From: a virus
Lineage: Duplodnaviria; Caudoviricetes
Virus record (IMG/VR): IMGVR_UViG_3300044631_000812
Span: 1,114 to 65,113 of that record
DNA length: 64,000 bases
Direction: 5' to 3' (one strand)
The notes below the pieces were generated by a model. The model had not been told where the DNA came from, searched no databases, and was given only the letters and a program-made list of their open reading frames with translations. Positions within the stretch are counted from its first letter, which is position 1; every line of letters begins with the position of its first letter. This document shows, in pieces, positions 38,156 to 46,966 of the stretch. The translations under genes were made by a program, and so were the position numbers.

Positions 38156-38159
38156 GATA

Positions 38160-38167
38160 CAAATATA
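38160..38167 (-). promoter_or_regulatory. Leftward (early arm) TATATTTG promoter
   Basis: TAnnTTTG at the head of the minus-strand arm. Confidence 0.65.
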
Positions 38168-38699
38168 AGACAAGTATTTCGATTGTCAACTATACTTTGA
38201 CAACTTTTTTCACTTTTTATGCTAATTTATATTCATTCTAAATAAGGACATGTTTGCTATTGAATGTAAAGTGTTGATTTATAGGTAGTTATTAAATGTG
38301 TGTTTCCAGGACGCACGTTAAATGGGTTTGGTATTTATTTTGGTAGGTAGGCATAACCTCCTCTCTTCAGGCCTGCAACCAACCCGACAAACGTAACGAA
38401 CGGCCGACCGATTGACCGACCGAACGGCCGATGCGCCGACTGGTTTTAAGTACATTCTATTTAACATAATGCAAATTATAAGACATACCTAGCGAACGAC
38501 ATGACAAACGGCAGCGCGGTCTGTAGGCCGTGCGTATTGGTATTGACGTCAAACGACAGCCCGACTGGAAAAGCCAAAAAGTTCGGCCGAAAAGTCTGAA
38601 AAGTAGACCCCCGGGGGTGAAATCAGATCGGTTTCCCTTTCGGCCGGCTTCGCGTCAATCCCCCATATTACCCAACAATTCCATACATCTAAAAATTAG

Positions 38700-38707
38700 T
38701 ATATTTG
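38700..38707 (+). promoter_or_regulatory. Rightward TATATTTG promoter
   Basis: TAnnTTTG at the head of the plus-strand arm. Confidence 0.65.
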
Positions 38708-38721
38708 TAGAAAAAAAGATC

Positions 38722-38940
38722 ATGAAAACAGACTACAACAGCATTTCTTTCAGAAACAAAGATATTGATAGACTTTCTGGAACCACAACTAAAAGCCCTA
38801 ACCAGATGATCGGTCAGTCAGCTGCTGAAGCTATAAGATCTAGAAATGGAAGTACTAGTGAGCAGCGTCTCAACGAACTTAAAGCCAATGAAGCAGCCAA
38901 AAAAGCTATGAAGGATGCTAAGGCCAAAAAAAAGAACTAG
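38722..38940 (+). CDS. Small basic protein
   Basis: ATG 38722 follows the promoter and is more plausible than the GTG at 38530. Confidence 0.6.
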   Translation: MKTDYNSISFRNKDIDRLSGTTTKSPNQMIGQSAAEAIRSRNGSTSEQRLNELKANEAAKKAMKDAKAKKKN

Positions 38941-38946
38941 TAAAGT

Positions 38947-39075
38947 ATGACAATCATATTCTTCCCAAACATCGGCCTATCAGTCGGTCTTGACTACATG
39001 CCAGCAGAGGACGGTCTACCGGCAGAGTTGATGTTACATTTGTTTATTTTTAAATTATCTATATCATGGCAATAA
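38947..39075 (+). CDS. Small hydrophobic beta-rich peptide (MTIIFFPNIGLSVGLDY...LFIFKLSISWQ)
   Basis: 42-aa ORF filling the gap and overlapping the next start. Confidence 0.5.
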   Translation: MTIIFFPNIGLSVGLDYMPAEDGLPAELMLHLFIFKLSISWQ

Positions 39076-40091
39076 TGCGCACAAACCGACTAACGTCGAA
39101 TATCGAACCTACAAAGAAAACCCAAACTACTAAGGGTGTAACTGTAAGCAATAAAAAAGAAAGGAGAATAATCCCAGCAACTGAGCTAGAGGCTCAAGAC
39201 GCTGCTTTTAAATCAGCGAATAGTAACTATGAGGCTCAGATGTCCACATATAAAAATGCTCCTAAAGGATCTAAGTCATATGCCAATTTCGGTGGCGGTG
39301 TTGCAGAGCTTAGCGCTGCTGGTTTAGCTCAGTACAACAAGAGCCGTCCATCTTCCGAGCCAGAGGTAACTCGTATTGAGCGTCCAAAAGCAGGTGGCAG
39401 TGAAGCTGATTTTTTAAAGAGAGTTGGAACAAAAGGTGGATACGTCGGCCACGTAACTTATAAGGAGCCAGTCAAGCCAACAGCACAAAAAGCCGACTGG
39501 TCTAAAGTTGAGCTAAACAAAATGCCAACCAAGCAGGCGACCATTACTCCAGCCAAGGGTAAACTTCGCGACATGGCTGTAGAAGAGTTTGGTGAATTTA
39601 ATGCCCCGTCTATGGGCACTAAAGTTAAAACCAAAAGAGCGTTAACAGGCGGCGGCGATAGTGGTCTTGTAAGAGCTAAAAACACAGGTGGATCTTTAAA
39701 GGCTGCTAAACGTGTTGTAGGTGAGAAGACTGTTGGATCTAGAGCATATAATAAAGAGAAAAAACAGTTCGAGGCATTCGCTAACCAACTTCCAACAGGA
39801 GGCCGATTGTCAGATAGTCAGTTCAGCCCTGAGATTGGCCGAATGAAAGCTGATGCCAAGGGCTTAGCCAAAGAATATCGTAAAGAGGGCAACCGTGAGG
39901 GTGTCAAGATGATGCGCGCTGAAGCTAAGCAGTTAGGTAAAGCGGCTAAGTTTTCAGATAAAATGTATGATAGAGGTAGAGGTGACTACTTCACAAGAGA
40001 TATGATCCAAGAATACAGGTCATCAAGCGCCAATCCAGCCAATCAGAACACTATTGAGAGGCAGCAAAAGCTCATCAATAGCAGAAAATAA
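39066..40091 (+). CDS. Basic, low-complexity hypothetical protein
   Basis: 341-aa Lys/Ala/Gly-rich ORF. Confidence 0.6.
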   Translation: MAIMRTNRLTSNIEPTKKTQTTKGVTVSNKKERRIIPATELEAQDAAFKSANSNYEAQMSTYKNAPKGSKSYANFGGGVAELSAAGLAQYNKSRPSSEPEVTRIERPKAGGSEADFLKRVGTKGGYVGHVTYKEPVKPTAQKADWSKVELNKMPTKQATITPAKGKLRDMAVEEFGEFNAPSMGTKVKTKRALTGGGDSGLVRAKNTGGSLKAAKRVVGEKTVGSRAYNKEKKQFEAFANQLPTGGRLSDSQFSPEIGRMKADAKGLAKEYRKEGNREGVKMMRAEAKQLGKAAKFSDKMYDRGRGDYFTRDMIQEYRSSSANPANQNTIERQQKLINSRK

Positions 40092-40096
40092 AAGAT

Positions 40097-40120
40097 AAGC
40101 CCTCCAAGTGAGGGCTTTTT
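40097..40120 (+). terminator. Rho-independent terminator
   Basis: AAGCCCTC-caagt-GAGGGCTT followed by T tract. Confidence 0.8.
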
Positions 40121-40127
40121 CATTATA

Positions 40128-40158
40128 ATGTCACAAATTTGACTTAAATTTGTGACAT
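40128..40158. promoter_or_regulatory. Perfect 13-bp inverted repeat overlapping the groEL promoter
   Basis: ATGTCACAAATTT-gactt-AAATTTGTGACAT; TAAATTTG at 40145-40152. Confidence 0.6.
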
Positions 40159-40170
40159 AAATCTAATAAA

Positions 40171-41739
40171 ATGGTAGTAAAACATGTACATTTAGGCGAT
40201 GAAGGTCGCCAAAAGCTCATTAAAGGCATTAAAACGATCGCTGGAGCAGTAAAAAGCACACTCGGTGCGCGAGGACGGACAGTCCTAATTGAATCAGAGC
40301 ATCACGTTGGTGGCATTACAGTAACAAAGGACGGTGTGACGGTCGCTAAGTCGATCAACCTCTATGACCCGGTTGAGAACTTAGCCGTCATGATGATGCG
40401 ACAGGCTGCTGAGAAGACGGCTACTGTTGCTGGTGATGGGACAACGACCAGTATTGTCATCGCTGAGGCTATTGTGGATGCAGCCACAGACATACTGTCT
40501 GAGGATAAAAACGTAACCGAGGTCATCCGTGAGATCAATAGCATTACAACAAATGTTGTAACGCACTTGACCAAACGAGCCAAAAAACTCTCAGGCAAGA
40601 AGCTAAAAGACGTTGCGTCAATAAGTGCCAACAATGACACCACTATTGGTGGTATGATCGCTGACGCGTTCAGTGAGGTCAAGATGGTATCTGTTGAGAA
40701 CAGTAAGGACCACAACACATATGTTGAGGTGATCAAGGGGATTAAGGCTGACCGAGGTTGGACTAGTCGCCACTTCATCACTGACTACAAGCGTCAGGAG
40801 GCCATCCTAGAGAACCCATACGTCTTAATCACTGACCAAGAGATTAACAACCTACTCAACATTGAGAAGGTCCTACAGCATGTTGTAGCGCAAAATAAGT
40901 CACTACTCATCATTGGTGAGATGACACCTGCTGCACTTAACACCCTTAATATAAACGTCGCTCAAGGCAAGATCAAGGCTTGCCATATCATGCCGCCAAG
41001 CTTTGGCTACCGTCAGAAAGACCTGCTTGAAGACCTAGCGATCGTATTGGACGGCACATACTTTAGTGAGGACACTGGTGATGACCTATCTCTTATTGAC
41101 GTGGCACATCTTGGTCGTTGCTCTAAGGTGATCGTTGGTAAGGACAATACGATCTTTATGCCCTATGCTAGCTCTCAAGATAGCATAGACGCCCGAATTG
41201 CCGACATCAACGAGACCATATTCGAAGGCATAACAAAAGAAGAGCTTGACAACCGTAAAGAGCGAGCGGCCAACCTATCGGGTGGTGTTGCTGTGATACA
41301 CGTTGGAGCGCTCAGTGACATTGAGCAGAAGGAGAAGCGCGACCGCATCGACGACGCTGTATGCGCTGTTGAGGCTGCATTAGAGGAGGGAATCCTTCCT
41401 GGTGGTGGTGTTGCTTTGTATGAGTATGCGATTACACACCTACGCGGTAAGATTGGCGCTGCTGAGCAAATTATGTTCAGAGCCATAACATCTCCAATGT
41501 GGCAAATACTTGTGAACGCTGGCAAAGACGCTCAAGAGATCATGGACGGCATCCTACCGTTCCCTAACGAGGGCTACGACGTCAAAGGAGAGCAGTACGG
41601 TGACATGATCAAGCTTGGCATCATTGACCCGGCTAAAGTCACTAAGAACGCTTTATTGAACGCTGTGTCGGTAGCTACGACGATCATGAGCACAAACGCA
41701 ATCATTACAAATATCAGAGCAGATGAAAGTATTAAATAA
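40171..41739 (+). CDS. groEL: Chaperonin GroEL
   Basis: VTKDGVTVAK, AGDGTTT, EEGILPGGG, GIIDPAKV; lacks the GGM tail. Confidence 0.95.
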   Translation: MVVKHVHLGDEGRQKLIKGIKTIAGAVKSTLGARGRTVLIESEHHVGGITVTKDGVTVAKSINLYDPVENLAVMMMRQAAEKTATVAGDGTTTSIVIAEAIVDAATDILSEDKNVTEVIREINSITTNVVTHLTKRAKKLSGKKLKDVASISANNDTTIGGMIADAFSEVKMVSVENSKDHNTYVEVIKGIKADRGWTSRHFITDYKRQEAILENPYVLITDQEINNLLNIEKVLQHVVAQNKSLLIIGEMTPAALNTLNINVAQGKIKACHIMPPSFGYRQKDLLEDLAIVLDGTYFSEDTGDDLSLIDVAHLGRCSKVIVGKDNTIFMPYASSQDSIDARIADINETIFEGITKEELDNRKERAANLSGGVAVIHVGALSDIEQKEKRDRIDDAVCAVEAALEEGILPGGGVALYEYAITHLRGKIGAAEQIMFRAITSPMWQILVNAGKDAQEIMDGILPFPNEGYDVKGEQYGDMIKLGIIDPAKVTKNALLNAVSVATTIMSTNAIITNIRADESIK

Positions 41740-41983
41740 GTTCTTACTCGTAAAGAAAGTAGCTGAGCAAAAGCAGACCAAGAGTGGTCTACTCTTAACC
41801 GGTGAGGATTCCAACGACATGCGGTACCACAAGGCGGTTACCCACTCTGTGGGTGACAGCATCTTCGGCATAAAAGCCGGTGATACTATCCTATACGATA
41901 AAGTGCAAAGCCATGAGATCATCCTTGATAATGAAAGGATGACTATAATTCAGGAGAGGGACGTTGTTTGCGTCTTCGATTAA
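41723..41983 (+). CDS. groES: Co-chaperonin GroES
   Basis: KQTKSGLLL mobile loop, VG..IKAGD.ILY, IIQERDV. Confidence 0.9.
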   Translation: MKVLNKFLLVKKVAEQKQTKSGLLLTGEDSNDMRYHKAVTHSVGDSIFGIKAGDTILYDKVQSHEIILDNERMTIIQERDVVCVFD

Positions 41984-42428
41984 AATCTGTTATCGCAATA
42001 GCTAAGGTCTTTTGATGAAACGGTGCGTTTTTTCGGAAGGCCTTATTGCGTCTTGATGACGTCGGAATCGGTTCTTCTCCGATTAACTTCTTATAAATTG
42101 ACGTAATCATTTTCTTGGCCTTAAAAGACACCTCATACAGTTGGCCTTCGTTGTAATTTTTCTGTCGCCATTCACTGATCCAGCCATCTTTCAACAATCT
42201 GTTAAAGCGCCGGCTGTCCCAAGTCATGAAGTTCTTGTATTCGTCAAAGTCTGACTTTCTGAATAGCCTATTGCCATGTAAAAAGAATAGCATCTCAAGA
42301 TCTGAGAGTCTGATGCTATAATTCACTTGAGCCCATCGTCTTACGATTGCCCACTCTGTAAGAAAGTCATACTTCAGCGGTTCGCGTTGTACTATCTTTT
42401 CGTAGATGATTGTTTTTCTAACTTTCAT
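41943..42428 (-). CDS. Putative winged-helix transcriptional regulator
   Basis: SDLEMLFFL...RFNRLLKDGWI...YEVSFKA MarR-like pattern; lone minus-strand gene in this arm. Confidence 0.55.
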   Translation of the reverse strand: MKVRKTIIYEKIVQREPLKYDFLTEWAIVRRWAQVNYSIRLSDLEMLFFLHGNRLFRKSDFDEYKNFMTWDSRRFNRLLKDGWISEWRQKNYNEGQLYEVSFKAKKMITSIYKKLIGEEPIPTSSRRNKAFRKNAPFHQKTLAIAITDFNRRRKQRPSPEL

Positions 42429-42446
42429 TATATTTGTACAAATATA
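42429..42446. promoter_or_regulatory. Palindromic bidirectional promoter TATATTTGTACAAATATA
   Basis: Perfect 18-bp palindrome of two TAnnTTTG elements between divergent ATGs at 42428 and 42453. Confidence 0.7.
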
Positions 42447-42452
42447 TTAATA

Positions 42453-42623
42453 ATGGGACTATATAGCAACATTCACGCAAAAAGAGAGCGAATTAAAGCT
42501 GGATCAGGCGAGAAGATGCGTAAGCCTGGAGAGAAAGGAGCCCCAACAGCAAGTAACTTCAAAAAGGCCGCTAAAACAGCAAAAAAAGATGAAAGACCCA
42601 AGACTAGAAAAAGCGGGCGTTAG
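42453..42623 (+). CDS. Small basic protein (MGLYSNIHAKRERIKAGSGEKMRKPG)
   Basis: Recurrent small phage protein pattern; ATG follows the promoter. Confidence 0.7.
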   Translation: MGLYSNIHAKRERIKAGSGEKMRKPGEKGAPTASNFKKAAKTAKKDERPKTRKSGR

Positions 42624-42888
42624 TGGCTACAATAAGCCTAAACGCACTCCTAGTCACCCGACTAAGAGTCATGTCGTGGTCGCCAAGTCTGGTGACGAGG
42701 TAAAATTAATTCGTTTTGGCCAGCAAGGCGTCAAGACCAATCAGACAGCAGGTCAACGTGAGGCTTTCAAGAGCCGTCACGCCAAGAATATTGCAAAAGG
42801 TAAGATGAGCGCGGCATGGTGGGCTGACAAAACTAAGTGGTCTCCAAGCAAGACTGCATCACCTAGCACTAAATGGAAGAAAGGATGA
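42589..42888 (+). CDS. Small basic protein
   Basis: KSHVVVAK..KLIRFGQQG..AFKSRH..SAAWWA..KW recurrent phage pattern. Confidence 0.75.
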   Translation: MKDPRLEKAGVSGYNKPKRTPSHPTKSHVVVAKSGDEVKLIRFGQQGVKTNQTAGQREAFKSRHAKNIAKGKMSAAWWADKTKWSPSKTASPSTKWKKG

Positions 42889-43655
42889 ACAATATACCAT
42901 TCAAGAACTCAGCGATTACTCGCTTGACAGGCATGACAACCAATCCACCTTTAATTACTAAAGGAAGGGCTAAAGAAGCGCGCAGTATGCGCGAGGGTAT
43001 TACTCCAATGCAAAATGCTGACGGTACTACTTCTACACATGTCATGGCAGGTGGCGAGGGTGGATCCGGTAAGTACAAGTATACAGTAAACCCAACTGTA
43101 TTCCCTAACAATGGAGGTAAGACATGGACCGATCTAAGAGAAGATCCATGGGGGGCATATGACGAGGCATCTAAAAGAGGTGAGCTAATTGGCTTTAAGT
43201 CTGAGCGTCGTGCTGAGAAGTTTGGTATGGGATCTTGGAAGAAAGGTCAGGCAGGCCGAGAGGCTATGCAAGAATATCGTTCTGAAAAGAAAGCAGGTAA
43301 TCTTTACACTCAGAAAAAGAAGGTAGATCAAAAGATTGCAGCTGTTGATGAGAACAAGCGTATTAATCGTGTTGTTGATCGTCGATATGATCGAATGGAT
43401 AAGAAGTATGATCGAGCTGCAGGTAACACTCAAAAGACTGCCAAGCTTGATAAGAAATACGGATACAATTACGAAGCAGCTAAAGCAGCTGGTATTGGTC
43501 CAGATGAGACAGGTCATTGGGGTTCAATTGGCAACGATGGTATGATATTAAAGGGACCTAAGCATCCTTCAATGATTAAGACAAAAAAGGTTGAGGGTTA
43601 TTTAGGTAACAAGATCAAAAAGATTGACGGCCAATTATACAGTGTACCTAAATGA
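42873..43655 (+). CDS. Hypothetical basic protein (possible capsid cargo)
   Basis: N.DG..STH.M and PDETGHWGS..ILKG.KHP modules. Confidence 0.6.
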   Translation: MEERMNNIPFKNSAITRLTGMTTNPPLITKGRAKEARSMREGITPMQNADGTTSTHVMAGGEGGSGKYKYTVNPTVFPNNGGKTWTDLREDPWGAYDEASKRGELIGFKSERRAEKFGMGSWKKGQAGREAMQEYRSEKKAGNLYTQKKKVDQKIAAVDENKRINRVVDRRYDRMDKKYDRAAGNTQKTAKLDKKYGYNYEAAKAAGIGPDETGHWGSIGNDGMILKGPKHPSMIKTKKVEGYLGNKIKKIDGQLYSVPK

Positions 43656-43897
43656 TCATCCTTAAAAAACACAAAGGTCTAGGTGATACAGTGGCTGCTG
43701 TAACAGCAGCTACAGGCATCAAGGCACTAGTCGAGAGTATAACTGAGGACTGCGGATGCCAAGAGAGGCAAGCCTCTCTTAACAACCCAGACCTATTAAT
43801 AAACAAACTATTCTATGGGACAAAGCAAGACATCGAAGTATTACGCGACTCATCCGGACGCAGCAGAGCGCAGGAGGGAGAGTCAACGGAAAATTAA
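43652..43897 (+). CDS. Small protein with GLGD/CGC motif
   Basis: KGLGDTV..VT.ATGIK..DCGC.ER..LN. Confidence 0.65.
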   Translation: MIILKKHKGLGDTVAAVTAATGIKALVESITEDCGCQERQASLNNPDLLINKLFYGTKQDIEVLRDSSGRSRAQEGESTEN

Positions 43898-44075
43898 CCG
43901 ATCAGAAGAACGTAAGAAGTACCGGGCCGATCACACAAAAGCTCGTCGTGCCAATGGCATCGACGGCAAGGGAGGGCCTGACATGAGTTCCACAAAAAGT
44001 GGTAAATTTGTAAAAGAAAACCCAAAGACAAACCGAGCTCGCAATGGAGCGAACGGCAAGTCTACTAAAAAATAA
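43815..44075 (+). CDS. Small basic protein, degenerate HNH-like
   Basis: G.DMSSTK.G..V.E...NRARN. Confidence 0.6.
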   Translation: MGQSKTSKYYATHPDAAERRRESQRKINRSEERKKYRADHTKARRANGIDGKGGPDMSSTKSGKFVKENPKTNRARNGANGKSTKK

Positions 44076-44078
44076 GAC

Positions 44079-44345
44079 ATGGCATATCAAAAACTACAAG
44101 TACAACGCGCAGCCGCTGTAACCCCAAGTGATACAGTTAACATCCCATACGTAGGTGGTGACGGAACAACTCCAAGCTGGCCTTGTGTCCTTTATATCGG
44201 CACTGGCGGAAATCTTCGCGTTCTAACCGAAGGAGGCGATGACGTGGTATTCACAAACGTATTAGGCGGCACAACGCTTCCTGTGAATGTTGTAAGAGTA
44301 TTTGCTACCAACACAACGGCTAGCAATATCGTAGCAATGTGGTAA
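44079..44345 (+). CDS. Head spike base protein (RcGTA Rcc01079-like)
   Basis: AAAVTPSD..LYIGTGGNL.V..LPV.V.RV.AT.TTA..IVA. Confidence 0.75.
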   Translation: MAYQKLQVQRAAAVTPSDTVNIPYVGGDGTTPSWPCVLYIGTGGNLRVLTEGGDDVVFTNVLGGTTLPVNVVRVFATNTTASNIVAMW

Positions 44346-44346
44346 T

Positions 44347-44502
44347 ATGTGGATATTTAGCGCCATAGCAAATGCCGTAGGAGCCAACTACATAGGTGAT
44401 CCTAACTATATAGCTGTATCATTTCGTAACAGAGTTCAAGCGGATGGCGGTACATTTGAGGCACAAAACTGTTTAATATCATTTCTAAATAGCTTATCAT
44501 GA
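44347..44502 (+). CDS. Small spike adaptor-like peptide
   Basis: 51-aa ORF MWIFSAIANAVG...FRNRVQADGGTFEAQNCL with ATGA overlap to the next gene. Confidence 0.55.
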   Translation: MWIFSAIANAVGANYIGDPNYIAVSFRNRVQADGGTFEAQNCLISFLNSLS

Positions 44503-46307
44503 GTCTATTAACACAGGCATCTTTGGTTGTGACTCCGAATGGAGTAAAAGAGGGCAAACTTTATTCCGTCATCCCGTCCGATGGTTCGGGCGATATGTCC
44601 GTAGTAAGAGCAACAACTGCAACAAGAGTCAATAGTGCGGGGTTGGTTGAGTTAGTGCCTTATAACCTTGTGCAGTATAGCGAGCAGTTTAATAATGCTG
44701 CGTGGTTAAAACAAGATGCAACAATAACTGCAAATAGTATTGATGCGCCAAATGGAACTTTAACTGCTGATACAATTACGGATAATTCAACTTTAGACAG
44801 ACACATAACTTATCAGTCTTTAGATTCTGAAAGGTCTTTAACAAGAACCTTGTCAATTTATGCTAAACAAGGAACATTAAGATATTTAGTGTTAAGCGTT
44901 ACAATTACAAGTGATTCTACTGCTTGTTACTCTGCAATTTTTGATTTACAAACTGGAACAATAACCGCAACTAAAAATAATGGTTCGGCAACAATTAGTG
45001 CATCTATTGAAAACACGGGTAATGGTTGGTATCGATGTGCAATATCGGGTGCTTTAGGAAGTGGATTCGAAACAATTTACCCAGTTATTGCGACAAGCGA
45101 TAGAGCTGGTTTTACTGGTTCATTATCAAATAACAATTTACCAATATATGCTGGCAGCGGACAAAGCCTTTACATTTGGGGTGCACAACTTAACGAGGGT
45201 ACAATACTCCCCTACCAAAAGACGGAAACAAGACTTAACATACCACGTCTTGACTACTCAAACGGTACTTGTCCAAGTTTGTTAGTAGAACCGCAAAGGA
45301 CAAACCTCTTGACTTATAGTTCGTCTTTTGATAACGCTGCGTGGATTAAATTTAACGCAAGTATTAGCGCAAATGTAACAGCAACTCTTGACCCATCTGG
45401 AAACTATGGTGCTTCAAAGATTGTAGAAGATAGTAGTTCTTCTTTTCACGATATTGACCAAGTAGAAGTATATTCAGCGGGCGCAAATACAATTTCAGTT
45501 TACGCAAAAGCTGCTGGAAGAAACCATATATTTTTGCAGCATTTTGATGGTTCTTCGTTCTTGACGAGCGGGACATTTAATCTTTCAAATGGAACGGTAA
45601 GCGGAAACGGTACGATTCAAAGCGTAGGCAACGGATGGTATCGCTGCTCATTTACTGCAACAACTGTAAACGGAACTGGAAAGTCTTATATTAATCTTTC
45701 AAATGGAACTACTGGAAACTATCAAGGCGATGGCACTTCTGGTGTATACGTTTACGGAGCTCAACTTGAACTCGGCAGCTACGCCACTTCATACATACCT
45801 ACAACCTCAGCAAGTGTAACACGAAACGCTGACGTAATATCAAAGACGGGTATTAGTTCGCTTATCGGTCAAACGGAGGGGACTTTGTTTTTGGATGTTG
45901 TTTTAAAAAATCCATTTACATCAATAAACAGATTATTTTCAATTACAGAGACAGTTTGGAATGTTGGCGGTTCTATTAGAATAGAAGCTGAATCTAATAA
46001 ATTTACCGCTGATTTTGTTAATGCTGGTTCAAGTATGGGTAAAATTGAATTTTTTACAACTGTTCAGCAAAACACTCGTTATAAAATTGCAGTTGCATAC
46101 AAGCAAAATGATTGTCAAATGTATATTAACGGGACAAATGCTGGTAGCGACACAACAACAGCAGCAATGCCTACTTGTTCAGAATTATATTTAAACGCTT
46201 TAGGAGGTGGATTTGTAGCCGCATACGATGCAAATAATATCAACGCAGCAGCCCTTTGGAAAACTCGCTTAACCAACGCACAATTAGCAACCTTAACAAC
46301 TATATAA
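44499..46307 (+). CDS. Head spike/fibre protein with duplicated carbohydrate-binding-like modules and ConA-like end
   Basis: Two NL..YS..F.NAAW...GNGWYRC...GAQL repeats; LLVEPQRTN; SYIPT....TR.AD. Confidence 0.75.
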   Translation: MSLLTQASLVVTPNGVKEGKLYSVIPSDGSGDMSVVRATTATRVNSAGLVELVPYNLVQYSEQFNNAAWLKQDATITANSIDAPNGTLTADTITDNSTLDRHITYQSLDSERSLTRTLSIYAKQGTLRYLVLSVTITSDSTACYSAIFDLQTGTITATKNNGSATISASIENTGNGWYRCAISGALGSGFETIYPVIATSDRAGFTGSLSNNNLPIYAGSGQSLYIWGAQLNEGTILPYQKTETRLNIPRLDYSNGTCPSLLVEPQRTNLLTYSSSFDNAAWIKFNASISANVTATLDPSGNYGASKIVEDSSSSFHDIDQVEVYSAGANTISVYAKAAGRNHIFLQHFDGSSFLTSGTFNLSNGTVSGNGTIQSVGNGWYRCSFTATTVNGTGKSYINLSNGTTGNYQGDGTSGVYVYGAQLELGSYATSYIPTTSASVTRNADVISKTGISSLIGQTEGTLFLDVVLKNPFTSINRLFSITETVWNVGGSIRIEAESNKFTADFVNAGSSMGKIEFFTTVQQNTRYKIAVAYKQNDCQMYINGTNAGSDTTTAAMPTCSELYLNALGGGFVAAYDANNINAAALWKTRLTNAQLATLTTI

Positions 46308-46308
46308 A

Positions 46309-46653
46309 ATGAATATTTTTAAACTCACTTACCCAAACAAAGAAGCAGCAGTTGCTGACTTAAAAGCCAAAAACATTCTTGTAGAAGTTGACGGCATTGA
46401 CGGAGAAAAACACGAAGCCTACGGAAACGGAGTGCAAGCAGTTGTCGAACTTGGGCTCATCCTCGTGACTCCACCAGTAATGGATGGAATGGATATCGTA
46501 ACCCCACCCGTTTACGCTGATGGCTACCACTACGACGTAATGAGTTCCGAGCTTTACGACTTCGGGGCTAACCTTGTAGAACCTAAGAACCCAAAACACG
46601 CATTTGCTGGACACGCAATAACAGAGGAGTTCCCTTATGAGCCAATCGTTTAG
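46309..46653 (+). CDS. Fibre-associated hypothetical protein
   Basis: GYHYDVM..PKNPKH.FAG. Confidence 0.6.
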   Translation: MNIFKLTYPNKEAAVADLKAKNILVEVDGIDGEKHEAYGNGVQAVVELGLILVTPPVMDGMDIVTPPVYADGYHYDVMSSELYDFGANLVEPKNPKHAFAGHAITEEFPYEPIV

Positions 46654-46966
46654 TAACCAAGGTACTTTATCAACGTCCGGGACTGTATTACATACAGGCC
46701 CTGAAAACAATATATCTGAGTTATACTCAATGAGATTTAATAATCCTGCTGCCTATACCTTAACTGTTTCTAAATATACAGCCTCCACGACTGTCACTAC
46801 TCAAGTATATTCAATAAACCTTTCAGCAGGTGATACGGTGACAGATACATTTAAGTATCATTTAGATGAGGGAGACTATATCACAGCGACATCTAGCGTA
46901 GCAGGGACAACTTTTATAGTAGAAGGATCTGACTTACCTAATGTTAATGTGATAAGATGCAAGTAG
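46637..46966 (+). CDS. Small beta-sandwich structural protein
   Basis: LSAGDT..L.EGD.I.A pattern. Confidence 0.55.
   Translation: MSQSFSNQGTLSTSGTVLHTGPENNISELYSMRFNNPAAYTLTVSKYTASTTVTTQVYSINLSAGDTVTDTFKYHLDEGDYITATSSVAGTTFIVEGSDLPNVNVIRCK

Noticed and set aside
38295-38375. Hammerhead ribozyme (minus-strand CTGAAGAG ... GAAAC)
   Set aside because: No convincing stem II between the two core motifs.
38530-38721. N-terminal extension of the 38530..38940 ORF
   Set aside because: Lies upstream of the TATATTTG promoter at 38700; ATG 38722 is the better start.
40128-40158. CIRCE/HrcA operator
   Set aside because: Does not match TTAGCACTC-N9-GAGTGCTAA.
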